Shown in pieces: positions 1 through 13,167 of a stretch of 64,000 nucleotides of DNA (its first letter is position 1; each line of letters begins with the position of its first letter). This DNA comes from Mobula hypostoma (lineage: Eukaryota), in contig NC_086109.1 in NCBI RefSeq assembly GCF_963921235.1, positions 23,934,001-23,998,000 of the forward strand. Direction: 5' to 3'. A program made the position numbers and the translations under genes. The notes under the pieces are model-generated. The model searched no databases. It was given only the letters and a program-made list of their open reading frames with translations, and had not been told where the DNA came from.

Positions 1-1601
1 CAGAGAAAATACTCAGGAAACTGAATAGTCAAAGGGTAGATAAATCTCCCGGACCAGATGGAATGCACCCTTGTGTTCTGAAGGAAGTAGCTGTGGAGAT
101 TACGGAGGCTTTAACAATGATCTTTCAAAAGTCAATAGATTCTGGCATGGTTCCGGAGGACTGGAAGATTGCAAATGTTACTCTGCTATTTAAGAAAGGG
201 GCAAGGAAGCAAAAACAAAATTATAGACCTGTTAGCTTGATATCGGTGGTTGGGAAGATGTTGCAGTCGATTGTCAAGGATGAGGTTACTGAGTACCTGG
301 AGGCATATGACAAGATAGGCAGAACTCAGCATGGTTTCCTTCAAGGAAAATCCTGCCTGACAAATCTATTTCAATTTTTTGAGGAAATTACAAGTAGGCC
401 AGACAAGGGAGATGCAGTGGATGTTGTGTATTTGGATTATCAGAAGGCCTTTGACAAGGTGCCACACATGAGGCTGCTAAACAAGATAAGAGCCCATGGA
501 ATTACGGGGAAGTTACATACATGGATAGAGAGTTGGCTGATTGGCAGGAAACAGAGAATGGGAATAAAAGGATCCCATTCTGGTTAGCTGCCAGTTACCA
601 GTGGTGTTCCACAGGGGTCCGTGTTGGGGCCGCTTCTTTTTACATTGTACATCAATGATTTTGATTATGGAATAGATGGCTTTCTGGCTAAGTTTGCTGA
701 TGATACAAAGATAGGTGGAGGGGCTGGTAGTGCTGAGGAAACAGAGAGTGTGCAGAGAAACTTGGATAGATTGGGAGAATGGGTAGAGAAGTGGCAAATG
801 AAATACAATGTTGGAAAGTGTATGGTTATGCACTTTGGTAGAAGAAGTAAACGGGCAGACTATTATTTAAATGGGGAGAGAATTCAAAGTTCTGAGATGC
901 AATGGGAGTTGGGAGTCCTCGTGCAGGATACCCTTAAGGTTAACCTCCAGGTTGAGTCGGTAGTGAAGAAGGTGAATGCAATGTTGGCATTCATTTCTAG
1001 AGGAATATATAAGAGCAGGGTTGTGATGTTGAGGCTCTATAAGGCACTGGTAAGACCTCACTTGGAGTACTGTGTGCAGTTTTGGGTTCCCTATTTAAGA
1101 AAGGATGTGCTGACGTTGGAGAGGGTACAGAGAAGATTCACTAGAATGATTCCGGGAATGAGAGGGTTAACATATGAGGAGCGTTTGACTGCTCTTGGAC
1201 TGTACTCCTTGGAGTTTGGAAGAATGAGGGGGGACCTCATAGAAACATTTTGAATGTTGAAAGGCATGGACAGAGTGGATGTGGCAAAGTTGGGGAGTCT
1301 AGTACGAGAGGGCATGACTTAAGGATTGAAGGGTGCCCATTCAGAACAGAGATGCGAAGAAATTTTTTTAGCCAGAGGGTGGTGAATCTGTGGAATTTGT
1401 TGCCACGGGCGGCAGTGGAGGTCAAGTCAATGGGTGTATTTAAGGCAGAGATTGATAGGTATCTGAGTAGCCAGGGCATCAAAGGTTATGGTGAGAAGGC
1501 GGGGAGTGGGATTAAATGGGAGAATGGATCAGCTCATGATAAAATGGCGGAGCAGACTCGATGGGCCGAATGGCCGACTTCTGCTCCTTTGTCTTATCGT
1601 C
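1..1601 (+). mobile_element. CR1 LINE, 3' part of ORF2 (RT) plus 3' UTR, inactivated
   Basis: NYRPVSL, YLDYQKAFDKVPH, GVPQGSVLGPLLF, KFADDTK, RNFFSQRVVNLWN. In-frame stops at 585-587 and 1251-1253, then a frameshift. Confidence 0.95.
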
Positions 1602-1604
1602 TAA

Positions 1605-3441
1605 TATCTCAAGTGGAGTATCTTCTTGTGTAAAGTTTTCAGGTATTTCCTTTTCCAAGGGTAAACAGGACAATACATCAGAATTTCCATGATTAGTTGC
1701 CCTCATAAAATTGGTCTTGTAATTGTCTCCTCCAGGAAAGAGAACCCGTGTCTGAATTCATGCTGCTGCTGTAAGTGGAGCACCTTACTGTGGATTGAAC
1801 ATGGACACCAGTGAGTGATGATCAGTGAACTCTCTCCCATACAGCTATCGATTGAAACGTTTTACACCCCAAATCAGACTCAAGGCTTCTTTGTCAATCT
1901 AAGCCTAATTTTTCTCTAGAGCGGTAAGGGAACATGATGCAAAGGTTATGGGGCATTCACTTCCATCATTCATAACATGTGACATGACTGCCCATGTACT
2001 ATAAGGTGAGGCATCACAGACAAGCTTCACTGGATGATATGGATCATAATGAGTGCGTAAAGTATCTGACATCTCCATATCCTTTGCCTTTTGGAAGTCT
2101 ACCTCAGAATCTGCTTTGCCTATTGCCATTCCTTCCTAATCTGTTGTAATGAGCTCAAAGGGTGGAGTACAGTAGCCAGATTTGACAGGAACCTGTTAAA
2201 GTAATTGATAAATCCTAAAAAGGGCTGCAACTGTGATACGTCCTATGTCCTTGAGGGGTCTACCACCACTTGAATATTCTCAGTGCACTTGTGTGTGTCA
2301 TGCTTAAGTGTCAATGGTGTGACCACAGTAAGTGATGCTTGGTTTAAGGAATTCACACTCGTCACGTTCATGCTCTGAGCCCATAATCTTCTTATCTTTT
2401 TAACAATATCTGGAGATTTTGGAGCTGTTACTTGTCATCCTCACTGGTAACAATGATGTTATCCAGGTATCACTGAGTCCCTGGGCAACACCTGATCCAT
2501 AGCTTTCTGCCTGAGTACAGGTGCAGATGCTACACCAAAAATAAGCCTATTATAATGATTAAACCCTTTGTGAGTGTTTATGGTGAGAAACGCTTCAGCA
2601 TATATTTCCATCTCCATCTGTAGGTGAGCCTCAGCTGTTCACTTTTCTGAAGTACTTCCCTCCAGAAAGGTTTGCAAAGATATCTTCTATCCTGGGCAGA
2701 GGGTATTGATCTACTTTGGACTCAACTCAACCTTGGAAAGAATTCCTTTAGCCTCCATGTGACCTAGCTCACTGGCTACTCCATCATGGATGTTATCAGG
2801 AACCAGACAGGCTTTGTAAAACTTGGGTGTGGAATTTCCAATTAACACCAGTTTACCCTTGATATGTTTGAGTTTTCCATTGCCATTCTTGAACACTGCT
2901 GTGGAATCATCCAGTGCCTTTCTTAATGTAGTTCTCTTTCAGTTGACTCTATTGCAATGTACGTGGCACGCATAGAGTGGATGGATTTCCAATCAAGATT
3001 TAGTCGTCTCATCCAATCATGGCCTCTCAATGCTGGCTCTCCTGTTTTACCACATACAAGTCCAATATGCCTTGTTGGTTGTTGCATTTTGCTGCTATGA
3101 ATGTCATTCCCACTAGAGACGGGAAGGATTTGCAGATTTTCTCATGTTTCAGGTAGGAAATCGTTTCGGGTTTGTTTTCAAGCTTCCTCATCCCTACTGT
3201 TATGTTTTGTAACTCCAGAAGGTAATTGAAAGAACAACACAGGAGCCCAGATATTTGTTTATAGAGATTTTTAAATCTTTTTTTAGTGTGGTGCTCACAA
3301 ATGATGTGTTGGCGTAATAACATATGCCATTCACATACTTCTTACATATAATCCATAATGAATTATGTAAATAAACAATGAATGCTTAATCAAAACATAT
3401 TTACATTACTCAAGTATTACTGTAATATTAAATACACTACA
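1605..3441 (-). mobile_element. Decayed Gypsy/Ty3 LTR retrotransposon (pol remnants and probable LTR)
   Basis: RNase H motifs HYDPYHPVKLVCDASPY...PITFASCSLT and NHGNSDVLSCLPL; linker PKFYKA..VP...VASEL..ME..GILSKV. AT-rich LTR-like segment starts TGTAGTG at 3441 on the minus strand. Confidence 0.85.
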
Positions 3442-3974
3442 CCTATGATCTTGTACTTCACCATTTACCTGCACTACACTTTTCAATAGCTTTTATATTT
3501 TATTCTGCATTGTTATTGTTTTACCTTATTCTAGCTCATTGCAATGTGCAGTGATTTGATCTGTATACACAGTATGTAAGACAAGCTTTTCACTTTATCA
3601 TGGGACATGTGACAATAATAAACCTAGAGCAATACCAATTGGGCTTGCAATGGAAATTTAGGGGTGATGTTTACCTTGGCTAGGCATCTAGAATCAGGGG
3701 TCACAATCTCAAATAAAGGGTTGGCCAGTTTGGACAGAGGTAACAAGACATTTCTTCATCAGGAGCATTGTGCATTTTCCACCCAAGAAAGCTGTAGGAG
3801 GTCTGTCAATAACCACATTCAAGGCAAGGATTGTTAAGATTTAAGAAGTCAATGGAATTATTGGACGTGGAATTGGAACAGGAAAGTGGCGTTGAGGTAG
3901 GAATGACCATGTCAAATATCAATATTGGTACGACGGTTTTCTCCTGCTTTATTTTCTAATGTTCATGCAGGATT

Positions 3975-4215
3975 AGTTTTGCACTGCAAGGTAGCACAGT
4001 AAAGTGATATGGTGTAAATAATCCATACCAAGAGTAGGATAGGATGATAAACATTTGTAGAGTCACTGAGCGAAACTTCCCTACTCTTTTTCATATGTGT
4101 TCTGTTATCTTTTATATCTATATGAGGAAGAATGCCGGACCTTGGTTTGATGTCCCATCTGAAAGATGGTACGTGTGACAAAACATTTCTGAGGGTGCTT
4201 TGATTAAGTCCTCAT
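3975..4215 (-). mobile_element. Deu-domain SINE remnant (SacSINE/AmnSINE-like)
   Basis: Minus strand ccatctttcagatgggacatcaaaccaaggtcc...gatataaaagat resembles the Deu core. Related remnants at about 26040-26210, 28330-28445 and 42200-42400. Confidence 0.55.
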
Positions 4216-5924
4216 GAGAAAGTAAACAAAAAAGCAGCAATCCTTTAAGAGAGGAAATGCATAAGGCTAGTCTTGAGCAAGAATATTGTTGGTTTCACTG
4301 TTCCCTTTTTCCTGTTAGTCACGTACCAGGACAGTTCACTGCATCCACTCGCGTCAGAATAATACCATAATTAATGGCTGGTAGGAATCTAAAAACTGGG
4401 AACATTAATTTTTGGGAACTTTTAAAAGCTGGTCCAGACTGCAATAAATTTCATTAAGATTTGACTGCTGGGCTCAGATCAAAACCGCTTCCCATCCGTG
4501 CAACTAAACTGTAGCCAACCATCACATTCCAGAGAATCACGCTCTATTGAGAAACTGTGGTTTAATAATAGCATTGTGATTGTTGTGTGAAAGGTGTTGC
4601 TTTATTGTGATTCTACTATTTTTGTAAGGTGTTGTAATGTAGTTCCAACAGATCCATCTGTCTCAATAGAACTCATGCATAAAGTACTTTTGTAATGTCT
4701 GCACAAGGCAACATCATGTGAGTACCAGAACTTTCAGGTTCCTTCATTCGGTCAAAAACATTATCCTGACCCTAGCATTCATTCATGATCATTGGGTCAA
4801 AATTCCTGTGACTCTCTAGATTACAGGGCTGTGGAGGCACTTCCACCTCATGGACTGCACCAGTTCAAGGAGGCAGCTCACTAACAGGGCATCTAAGAAA
4901 TAGCCATTAAATTAAAAAATATATATTAAGTTAACAGGGCAAACCAAGCATTGGACTTCATCACCAAAGTGTGATAATTAATATGCAGGAGAAGTTAGAC
5001 AAAAGAACATTCTGTTAAAAGAAGTTGGGAAAATGTACAAACATGTTGTAAATCTCTGCAAACTCACCGGGAAGGTTGAAGGTCCAATGCTGACAGATCC
5101 ATGAGCCCACTGGAGGCTGAGGGCCGAAGACATCCTGCACTGGGGTTAGAGGATTCTGTGAGTGGGAGGGAGGAATGGAGCTTGATCTGTTGTTGCTTTG
5201 GTATTTGGTATGTTTTTTTTGTTGTGTTTTGTGTTGTTCTGCTGAGCATGGTGGTCATATTGTATTGGCACTGGAATGTGTGGCAACACTCGTGGTCTGT
5301 CCCTAGCACATCCTTCAGTTGTGTTGGTTGTTAATGCAAAATGACACACTTCACTGTATATTTTGATGTATGTGCAATAAACAGATCTGAAACTGATCTG
5401 AATCTGAACCAAGATTCACAAGATTGGTATCCAAACTGAGCGACTCTGAGGAAGAATCTCAGTGTTTTACTTTAGGCTGGAAAGGGTAGAGAGTTGAGGT
5501 AATCAAGATCTCTATGGCAAGGACAGGGTTGGTTTGGAACTGGAAGGAAATGGGATGAGAGGTGAGGTGAACAAAGTGGAAATGGGAGAGGGAAAAGGAA
5601 GAGTGCATCTGAACTATTTGCAGTTGCATCAGGAGACACATTCTTCTTGGCTTTCCATTACTTACCTATGGCTTTAGGCCATGGTAAATGTGCTTTGGTG
5701 AAAGCAGTGATGTTCAAGTAGTATTCTCATAATCTACATTCTTAAATGACTATTTACAAGACATTTGAGTCTTTGCCATGAAAATTCCACCTGGAGGATC
5801 ATTCACCCCCTACACTTTAACGACTAGGAATTGGGCATGAAAGAGAGAGAACAATTGTGTGCACAAATACATCTTCATGTTCCTCTGGAGCACCTTGTCC
5901 TTACCATACTAATTATGCAACATG

Positions 5925-6864
5925 CACTCAGTGGCCATTTTATTAGATAAACCTGTACACCTGCTCGTTAATGTAAATACCTAATCAACCAATCATATGG
6001 CAGCAACTCAATGCATTAAAAACTTGCAGATACGATCAGAAGGTTCAGTTGTTGTTCAGACCAAAGATTAGAAAAGGGAAGAAACGTGATAAAACAAAAA
6101 TAAAATCCAATGAACATTGGTTCTGTGGGTGAAAATAGAAACATAGAAACATAGAAAATAGGTGCAGGAGTAGGCCATTCGGCCCTTCGAGCCTGCACCA
6201 CCATTTATTATGATCATGGCTGATCCTTCAACTCAGAACCCCGCCCCAGCCTTCCCTCCATACCCCCTGACCCCCGTAGCCACAAGGGCCATATCTAACT
6301 CCCTCTTAAATATAGCCAATGAACTGGCCTCAACTGTTTCCTGTGGCAGAGAATTCCACAGATTCACCACTCTCTGTGTGAAGAAGTTTTTCCTAATCTC
6401 GGTCCTAAAAGGCTTCCCCTCTATCCTCAAACTGTGGCCCCTCGTTCTGGACTTCCCCAACATCGGGAACAATCTTCCTGCATCTAGCCTGTCCAATCCC
6501 TTTAAGATCTTATACGTTTCAATCAGATCCCCCCTCAATCTTCTAAATTCCAACGAGTACAAGACCAGTTCATCCAGTCTTTCTTCATATGAAAGTCCTG
6601 CCATCCCAGGAATCAATCTGGTGAACCTTCTTTGTACTCCCTCTATGGCAGGGACGCCTTGTTAATGAGGAGAAAGTCCAGACTGGAAGGTGGGAGTAAC
6701 TCAACTAACCACATGTTATCACAGTGGTGTGCAGCAGAGCATCCCTGAATGCACAATATGTTGAACCTTTAAGTGGATGGGCCATGGCAGCAGACCATGA
6801 ACATGCACTCAGTGGTCACTTTATTAGGTACAGGAGGTACCAAATAATGTGGCCACTGGGTGTA
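5925..6864 (+). mobile_element. Non-autonomous Tc1-like element interrupted by a CR1
   Basis: TIRs cactcagtggcca.ttattag (5925) and ccaaataatgtggccactgggtg-ta (6840-6864). Degenerate transposase HTH remnant at about 6650-6800. Confidence 0.75.
6136..6649 (-). mobile_element. CR1 LINE 3' end
   Basis: ORF MIPGMAGLSYEERL...LRGDLIETYKILKGLD...KNFFTQRVVNLWNSLP and terminal (tttctatg)n tail. Confidence 0.93.
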
Positions 6865-7781
6865 CACTTAAAGATATTGTTCCTGTGGTTGTCTTCAATA
6901 ACAATGCTGAGGCTGTGGAAGGCAATCCCACGACTTGGCCACTTCTATTTCATGAGCCAAAGACAAGGCCATACCATACTCCCAAGTTACAGCACATACC
7001 TGCTGTGGTTTTATCAACACATCATGTGGTATTAGATATGTGGACCTTTGGTGGAGCATGGTTCTAATCAGTCACAATACGACCCTTGTTCCTCTGCTGC
7101 TTGACTTCACACAAATAGGATTGGGCCAAGATTGAGTTTTCCTTTGAACAGTTCTGAATTGATATTGAAGAGCATTTAATAAAATGTGATTTGAGATGAA
7201 GTGGGCTACAAGACAAGCTGTGTTTTCTCTCTCCCTGCAATGCTCACTGAGGGTTATAATTCACTTTCAGTCCTCTGACCCAGATAAAACATTATTTTTC
7301 AGATGTTCTATTTTATGATCTGCTGGAGAAAATACCTCTAGTTTGATAAAAAGGTACTAAATATTAAAAATAAGATTGGGCCAAGCATGATCAAATGAGA
7401 AGTCTGAAAGGCTCCTTTACCCATATTCCCCACACCCTACTTGCTGGAATAAAAATTCAGCTCTTGATGATTTAATCTTGCTGCATGAGGTGTGATCTGA
7501 TGACTTCCTGACAGCTACCAATTGCAAAAAAAAATGTTTATGAACCCTTGGCAATTACGTACCTGGGTTTCTGCATTAATTACTTACAGAACATGGTCTG
7601 ATCTTCATCTAAGTCACAATAACAGACAAACACAATCTGCCTAAACTAAGAATGCACAAACAATTGTACTTCTTCTCATCAATACTGAGTAAACCATTTT
7701 AAAAAATCACAGTCTAGGTTGAAAAAAGTATGTGAACCTCCGGGCTAATGTCTTTTACAAAAGATATTTGGAGTTATGTAT

Positions 7782-7938
7782 ACAACAGGAATTCTGCAGA
7801 TGCTGGAAATTCAAGCAACACACATCAAAGTTGCTGGTGAACGCAGCAGGCCAGGCAGCATCTCTAGGAAGAGGTACAGTCGACGTTTCAGACCGAGACC
7901 CTTCGTCAGGACTAAATGAAGGAAGAGTTAGTAAGAGA
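7782..7938 (-). mobile_element. Penelope-like element 3' terminal fragment inserted in the Tc1, carrying a hammerhead motif
   Basis: Same terminal sequence as the endonuclease-linked copy at 31974-32522; it interrupts the Tc1 5' region. Confidence 0.8.
7878..7913 (-). ncRNA. Minimal type-I hammerhead ribozyme motif, core intact
   Basis: Minus strand AGTC-CTGACGA-AGGGTCTCGGTCT-GAAAC-GTC-GACT: stem I AGTC/GACT, CUGANGA and GAAA boxes, GUC cleavage triplet, palindromic ACGU at stem III. Confidence 0.75.
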
Positions 7939-10699
7939 TTCCAATCAATGAGGTGAAATTGGAGCTTGGGTTGTAGAAGTGTCTTGCTCCATAAAAAAGG
8001 CACACAAAGTCAGGTTACTGATAGAGCCTGCACTTCTCAAGAAAGATCTATTTAAGTACACCATTCCTTGATCAAAACAACTTTCAGAGGACCTTAGAAG
8101 AAGAATTGTAGAGGTGCGTGAAGCTGTTAAAGGCTACAAAAGCAGACCTGAATATTCATCAGTCCACAGTAAGAGAAATTGTCTACAAATTGAAGAAATT
8201 CAGTCCTGTTGCTACTCTCCCTAAGAGTGAGCATCCTGCAAAGATCACACCAAAAGCACAACATGCAATGCTGAAAGAGTTGAACAAGAACCCAAGGATA
8301 CCAGCAAAGGTCCTGCAGCAACCTCTAGCACTTGTTAAAGTTTCTGTTCATGTGTCCACTATAAGAAAAACATTGGACAAGAATGGTGTTCATGGAAGGC
8401 CAAGATGGAGGAAACCACTGCTCCCCCTGCAAAAAAAAACTGCTGCTAGTCTCAAGTTTGCAAAAGGTCATCTGGATGTTCCATAATGGTTTTGGCACAA
8501 TGTTCTGTGGCCAGATGAGACAACAGTTGAACTTTTCGGCAGAAATGTACACCGTTATGTTTGCAGGAAAAAGGGCACTGCACACCCACACCAAAACCTC
8601 ACCCCAACTGTGACACGTGGTGGAAAAATCATCATGGTTTGCTGCCTCATGGCCTGGACAGTCTGCAATCATTGAAGGAACGGTTAATTCAAAATTGTAT
8701 CAACCTTTTACAGGACAAAGTCAGGGTAGCAGCCTGTCATCTGAAGCTTAATAGAAGTTAGATGATACAACAAAATAATGATCTGAAACATAAGAATAAA
8801 TCAACAGCAGAATGGTTTAAAAAGAAGAAAATTTGTGTATTGAAATGGCCAAATCAGAATCCAGAGCTTAACCTAACTGAGATGCCTTGGCATGGCCTGA
8901 AGAGGGCTGTTCATGCAAGGTATTCCAGAAATATTGATGAACTGGAACAGGTTTGAATGAAAGGATGGTCTAAAATTCCTCCTTGCCATTGTACGAGTCT
9001 GATCAGCAGCTACAGGAAACGTTTGGTGGAGGTTATTGATGCTAAAGTAGGTTCTACCCTTTATTAAATACAAACATTCACAAACTTTCTCCAGCCTGGA
9101 CTGTGAATGATTAAACAATATGTTCAATAAAGACATGAAAAATATAATAGCGTGTGTGTCGTTAGTTAAGGAAGATTGTGTTTGTCTACTATTGTCTTAG
9201 ATGAAGATCAGACCATATTTTATGAGTAATTAATGCAGAAAACCAGGTAATTGCAAAGGAATCACAAACTTTTTCTTGAGCTGACATTGAATGCATGGCC
9301 AGTGAAATGAGGTTTACAAAACAAAAATGGATGGTATGCTAAAACACACAGGAAACATAATCCTTGGCAAAATTATGAGATCAGTTGTAGGAGGTAAAAA
9401 TAAATGGATTGCACAACACAGAATCAGCCCATTCAGCCTAATAGCTCTTTGCTGATGTCTGTGCACCTGTAAAGCCTCTTAGCTCTTCATTTTAACAAAA
9501 ATTGCATTAACATGGTGTTCTTTGTGAAATCCCATAGCATTGTACGGGAAGGAAGTACTTTCTTTCCCACTCTAAACGCCATGGATATTCTCTGTTCTCC
9601 CTTCTCCCATAAACCAGAAGATACAAAACCTTGAAAGCACATACCAGGTCCGCTTTGATCCTACTGTTTTTGGACTTTTGAAAAGACCTCTTGTTCGATA
9701 AAATGGACTCTGGACTTCACAATCTACTTTGTTATGATCTTGCACTTTATTATTTCCCTGCACTGCTCTTTTATCCATAGACTTTTCTCTTTATACTGCA
9801 TTATTATTGTTTTACCTTGTTCTACCTCAGTACATGTAATGACTTGGTATGTGTGAACAATATGTAAGACAAGCTTTTCACTTTATCTTGGTACGTGTGA
9901 CAATAATAAATCAATACCAATACTAACTTTCCAAACACAGAAAATCAGACAGCTGGTTTATAGTCTGTACATCCAAGAAACACCAACATGATAATGACCA
10001 GGTGTTCAGTTTTAGTTAAAAATTAGTTGGGGTGTGAGGGATATCTGTATTTTCAGGTTCAAAGCAATTTTAACATATCACATTAGATCCACGTGAGAGA
10101 GCAGAGTGAACATCAATTCATCGCTGGATATGAACAATCCAACATTACCAACATTCGTGGCAGACTTGACTCAGGTTTGTGGAGAGAAACCAGAAACCAC
10201 ATGATCTGACTCATAGACTCAAGCTCCACCACTGACTCACAGCTAACACATCCTGCATCAGTTGCTTTCTGTTCATTCAGTTCGCCTTGTGTTTACTTAG
10301 CTTTCCCATGAAAGCATCGTTTAATTCCTGCCGATCATTTGCACAGTCTGACAATGTCACAGCGGCACTGACATAACTCCTATTTGCTGGTGGGTGGGGG
10401 AGGAATAGGTGTTAACAACTAAAGAGGTAAGGGACGTCATAAATCTTAAAGAAAAACATTCAATAAAGAAAAAGTTAGCAATGACATCAGTGACCTGAAA
10501 GGATGCAAACAAAACCAAATTGATTGTAAGAACTTTAATAGGAAACTTGCAAGGAATATCTAAATCAACATTAAAAATTATCACAAGTCAGTGAGCAAAT
10601 GTGAGCATTTTAAAATATCTTTTAGTGCAATATTCCAAATAAGAATAGTAAACTGGCGGACATCTTGGATAATCAGTGTTTCTGCAGTCTTATCTTTCC

Positions 10700-11875
10700 A
10701 GACAAGCCAAGAAAAATAGTATTAAAGTTGGGACAGAATGATCTGAATTATTCAAAGTGAAACGACAATGACAACGACAAAGAAAATGATGGACATTAAA
10801 GAATGACAAAACCCTGAGCCCAGATGGATTTTTAAGGAAGTAAATGGAAATATTGCAGATGCCTCATATATAACTTTCAGAGGTTCTCTCAATTTAGAAA
10901 TTGTTCATTTTTGTTAGAAATTTGCATATTTATGCAAAGCTGAGTCAGAGAACACTTAAAGAATCCAGTTAAACTAAAATTCTTTGCTGCTGTATGACCA
11001 GAGTCTATAGCTAAGAATAGAGCCACTGATTGAAAACTTCAGGACATTCAGCTGCAGTGGGCCAGTTTGGATTTATAAAGGCTATGGCATTCCTTATGAA
11101 TCTGATTCAATAATTAAAACATGTGGATGACATGTTATTAATTGTAGGGGACCTTAAGAATGTATTTGATAAAGTCCTTCATAAGGGACCATTAGCTAAA
11201 ACGGAAGCTTGTGGAAATGAAAGGATCTTTGTAGTACAGTTCTTCAAAGGCCAGGTTAAATCAGACTGAGGACATCTTGGGATGAAATATTGACCTTGAA
11301 GGAAATGCAACATAGATTTACCAAACTATTATCTGGACCCCCAAGGTTAAATTCCATACATAAATAAGGGTTGTATTTTCTTGAATCTGGAAAATTTAAG
11401 ACTGATTTGATTGAAATTTCCAATACTTTGATGGGAACCAATAGGAACAACTTCACACACAAAATGCTGGAGGAAATCAACAGGCCAGGCAGCATTTATG
11501 GAAAAGAGTTCAGCTAACATTTTGGGCTGAGACCCTTCATTAGGACAGAAGCAACTTCTACTGGTTGGAAAGTTGAAAAGGGCATACTCTGACAATTTGA
11601 GCCATTTGTCTGAGATATGAAGATCGAAAACACTTCAGCAAAGAGAGAGTAGAAATTCAGAGCTCTTCTATCCTGGCAGATACATGATCAATTACTTGAC
11701 TTTTGTGACAGGATAGTTATCTTTAAATCTGAATTTGAGAGGTTTTGTTAACCAAAAGTTGTTCATGAAGATGGGGAGAAATTGATTGTATTAGTGTTAT
11801 TTATAGATATTCTATAACCTCATTGAATGACAGAACAATCTCAAAGAACAAAATGGTTTAATCCTAATATTTCAA
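10700..11875 (+). mobile_element. Old, highly decayed CR1 LINE with a Penelope-end insertion (about 11452-11550)
   Basis: Remnants DKTLSPDG, FDKVLH, 'atgcaacatagatttacca' and 'tttaagactgatttgattgaaa'; degenerate CR1-like 3' end. Confidence 0.6.
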
Positions 11876-13167
11876 AGGATCATCCCATTGACTTAGTGTT
11901 GTTGCAATTATTGAAAAGCTTTTCTACAAACTGCAGATAATTTTCTCTAGTTGAGGCCACTCTTACCGATTGTGAATTTGTGCTTTGGTTTCTGGTGCCT
12001 CTGTTTCTGTGAAGTGAATTGAATCTCCAGAATGAAGATTTGCATTGGTCTATCATTCTGAAAATACAAGCATGATGTTTGCATTTGGCTTTTTTCTCTA
12101 GCATGAAGCTTTCACTGCTCTTGTTTGCTGCAGCACTATCCCTTGATGTCACCAGGATTTGGCAGGGAAATCCAGGTCCTAAAGGTAATGTAAAGAGAAG
12201 AAACTAGCATAACAGAAGCAAAGAACTATGAGGACTAACGTAAGTAAATTAGTCAATGAATTCCTCTTCATTACAACTTGGACAGGGCCCAATACAATAG
12301 ATGCCTAATAGGACAGGGAAATTGAAAGGCACACATAGCGAGAGAAATGGTGACATTTTCCTCTGTTGGCACTAGGCTCCACCAACCAAGAATACAACAT
12401 ATAATGTAAGATTGAATCCCACATGGGGAAACTAACACAGGGTATGGGACAAAAACTCCACTGAGAAGAGAGTATCATACAACATGGAAGTGGGCCCAAC
12501 TAACAGGAAAGTCCAATGGGCCATATCTGTGGGAATTATTTGAAGAAATAACATGCAGGATGGACAAAAGAGAATCAGTGGATGTGGTGTACTTGGATTT
12601 TCGTGAAGAAAGGGAAGGAGGAGAGGAACCAGAGTTGGGTGGTGGGCAGGTGAGGAGAAGAGAAAGGGAAAAGAGGGTAACCAAATGGGGAATGGAAAAA
12701 GAGAGAGGGAGGGAGAGGGGGAGTAAATATTGGAGGTTATGTAAATGTATTTCATTCTATAGATGCTGCCTGACTTGTTGAGTTCCTCCAGCATTTTGTG
12801 TGTTAATGTATTTGCTAATTATAGGGGATTTATTGCAGTTGCATAGGGGTGCACTGTGTAATTAGGGACTGAGCCCCACTGACCTAGAGAGCTTTATACA
12901 ATACAACAATGTACCCCACCAGCTAGGGGAGCATCGTGCAATATGGGACTGTGCCCCAGTGGCCAGGAGGATACTGTCCATTATTTTAGCAGTACTTGAT
13001 CTGAGCTCCCCTGGACGGGAGGATACTTATTGGACTGAGCCACCTAAATTGGAATGTTCCAATTCAGTGTTCGATCTGTGGGTGTTAGCTGATGCTAGGT
13101 GTGTAGTAGCTGCAGATAGTTCTAATATTCCTCAGCTAGAGAAAGAAGGAGCAAGCAAAAATCTCCT

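Larger units (their letters stand above)
7518..9283 (+). mobile_element. Tc1-family DNA transposon (long IR/DR-type TIRs), full length, decayed transposase
   Basis: About 220-bp inverted ends (ctgcattaattact...ggtctgatcttcatctaag versus cttagatgaagatcagacc...agtaattaatgcag). Transposase relic at about 8064-9065 with HQSTVREIVYK, WPDET, QQNNDLKH and NPELNLTEMPW (DD34E-like) and many stops and frameshifts. Confidence 0.92.
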
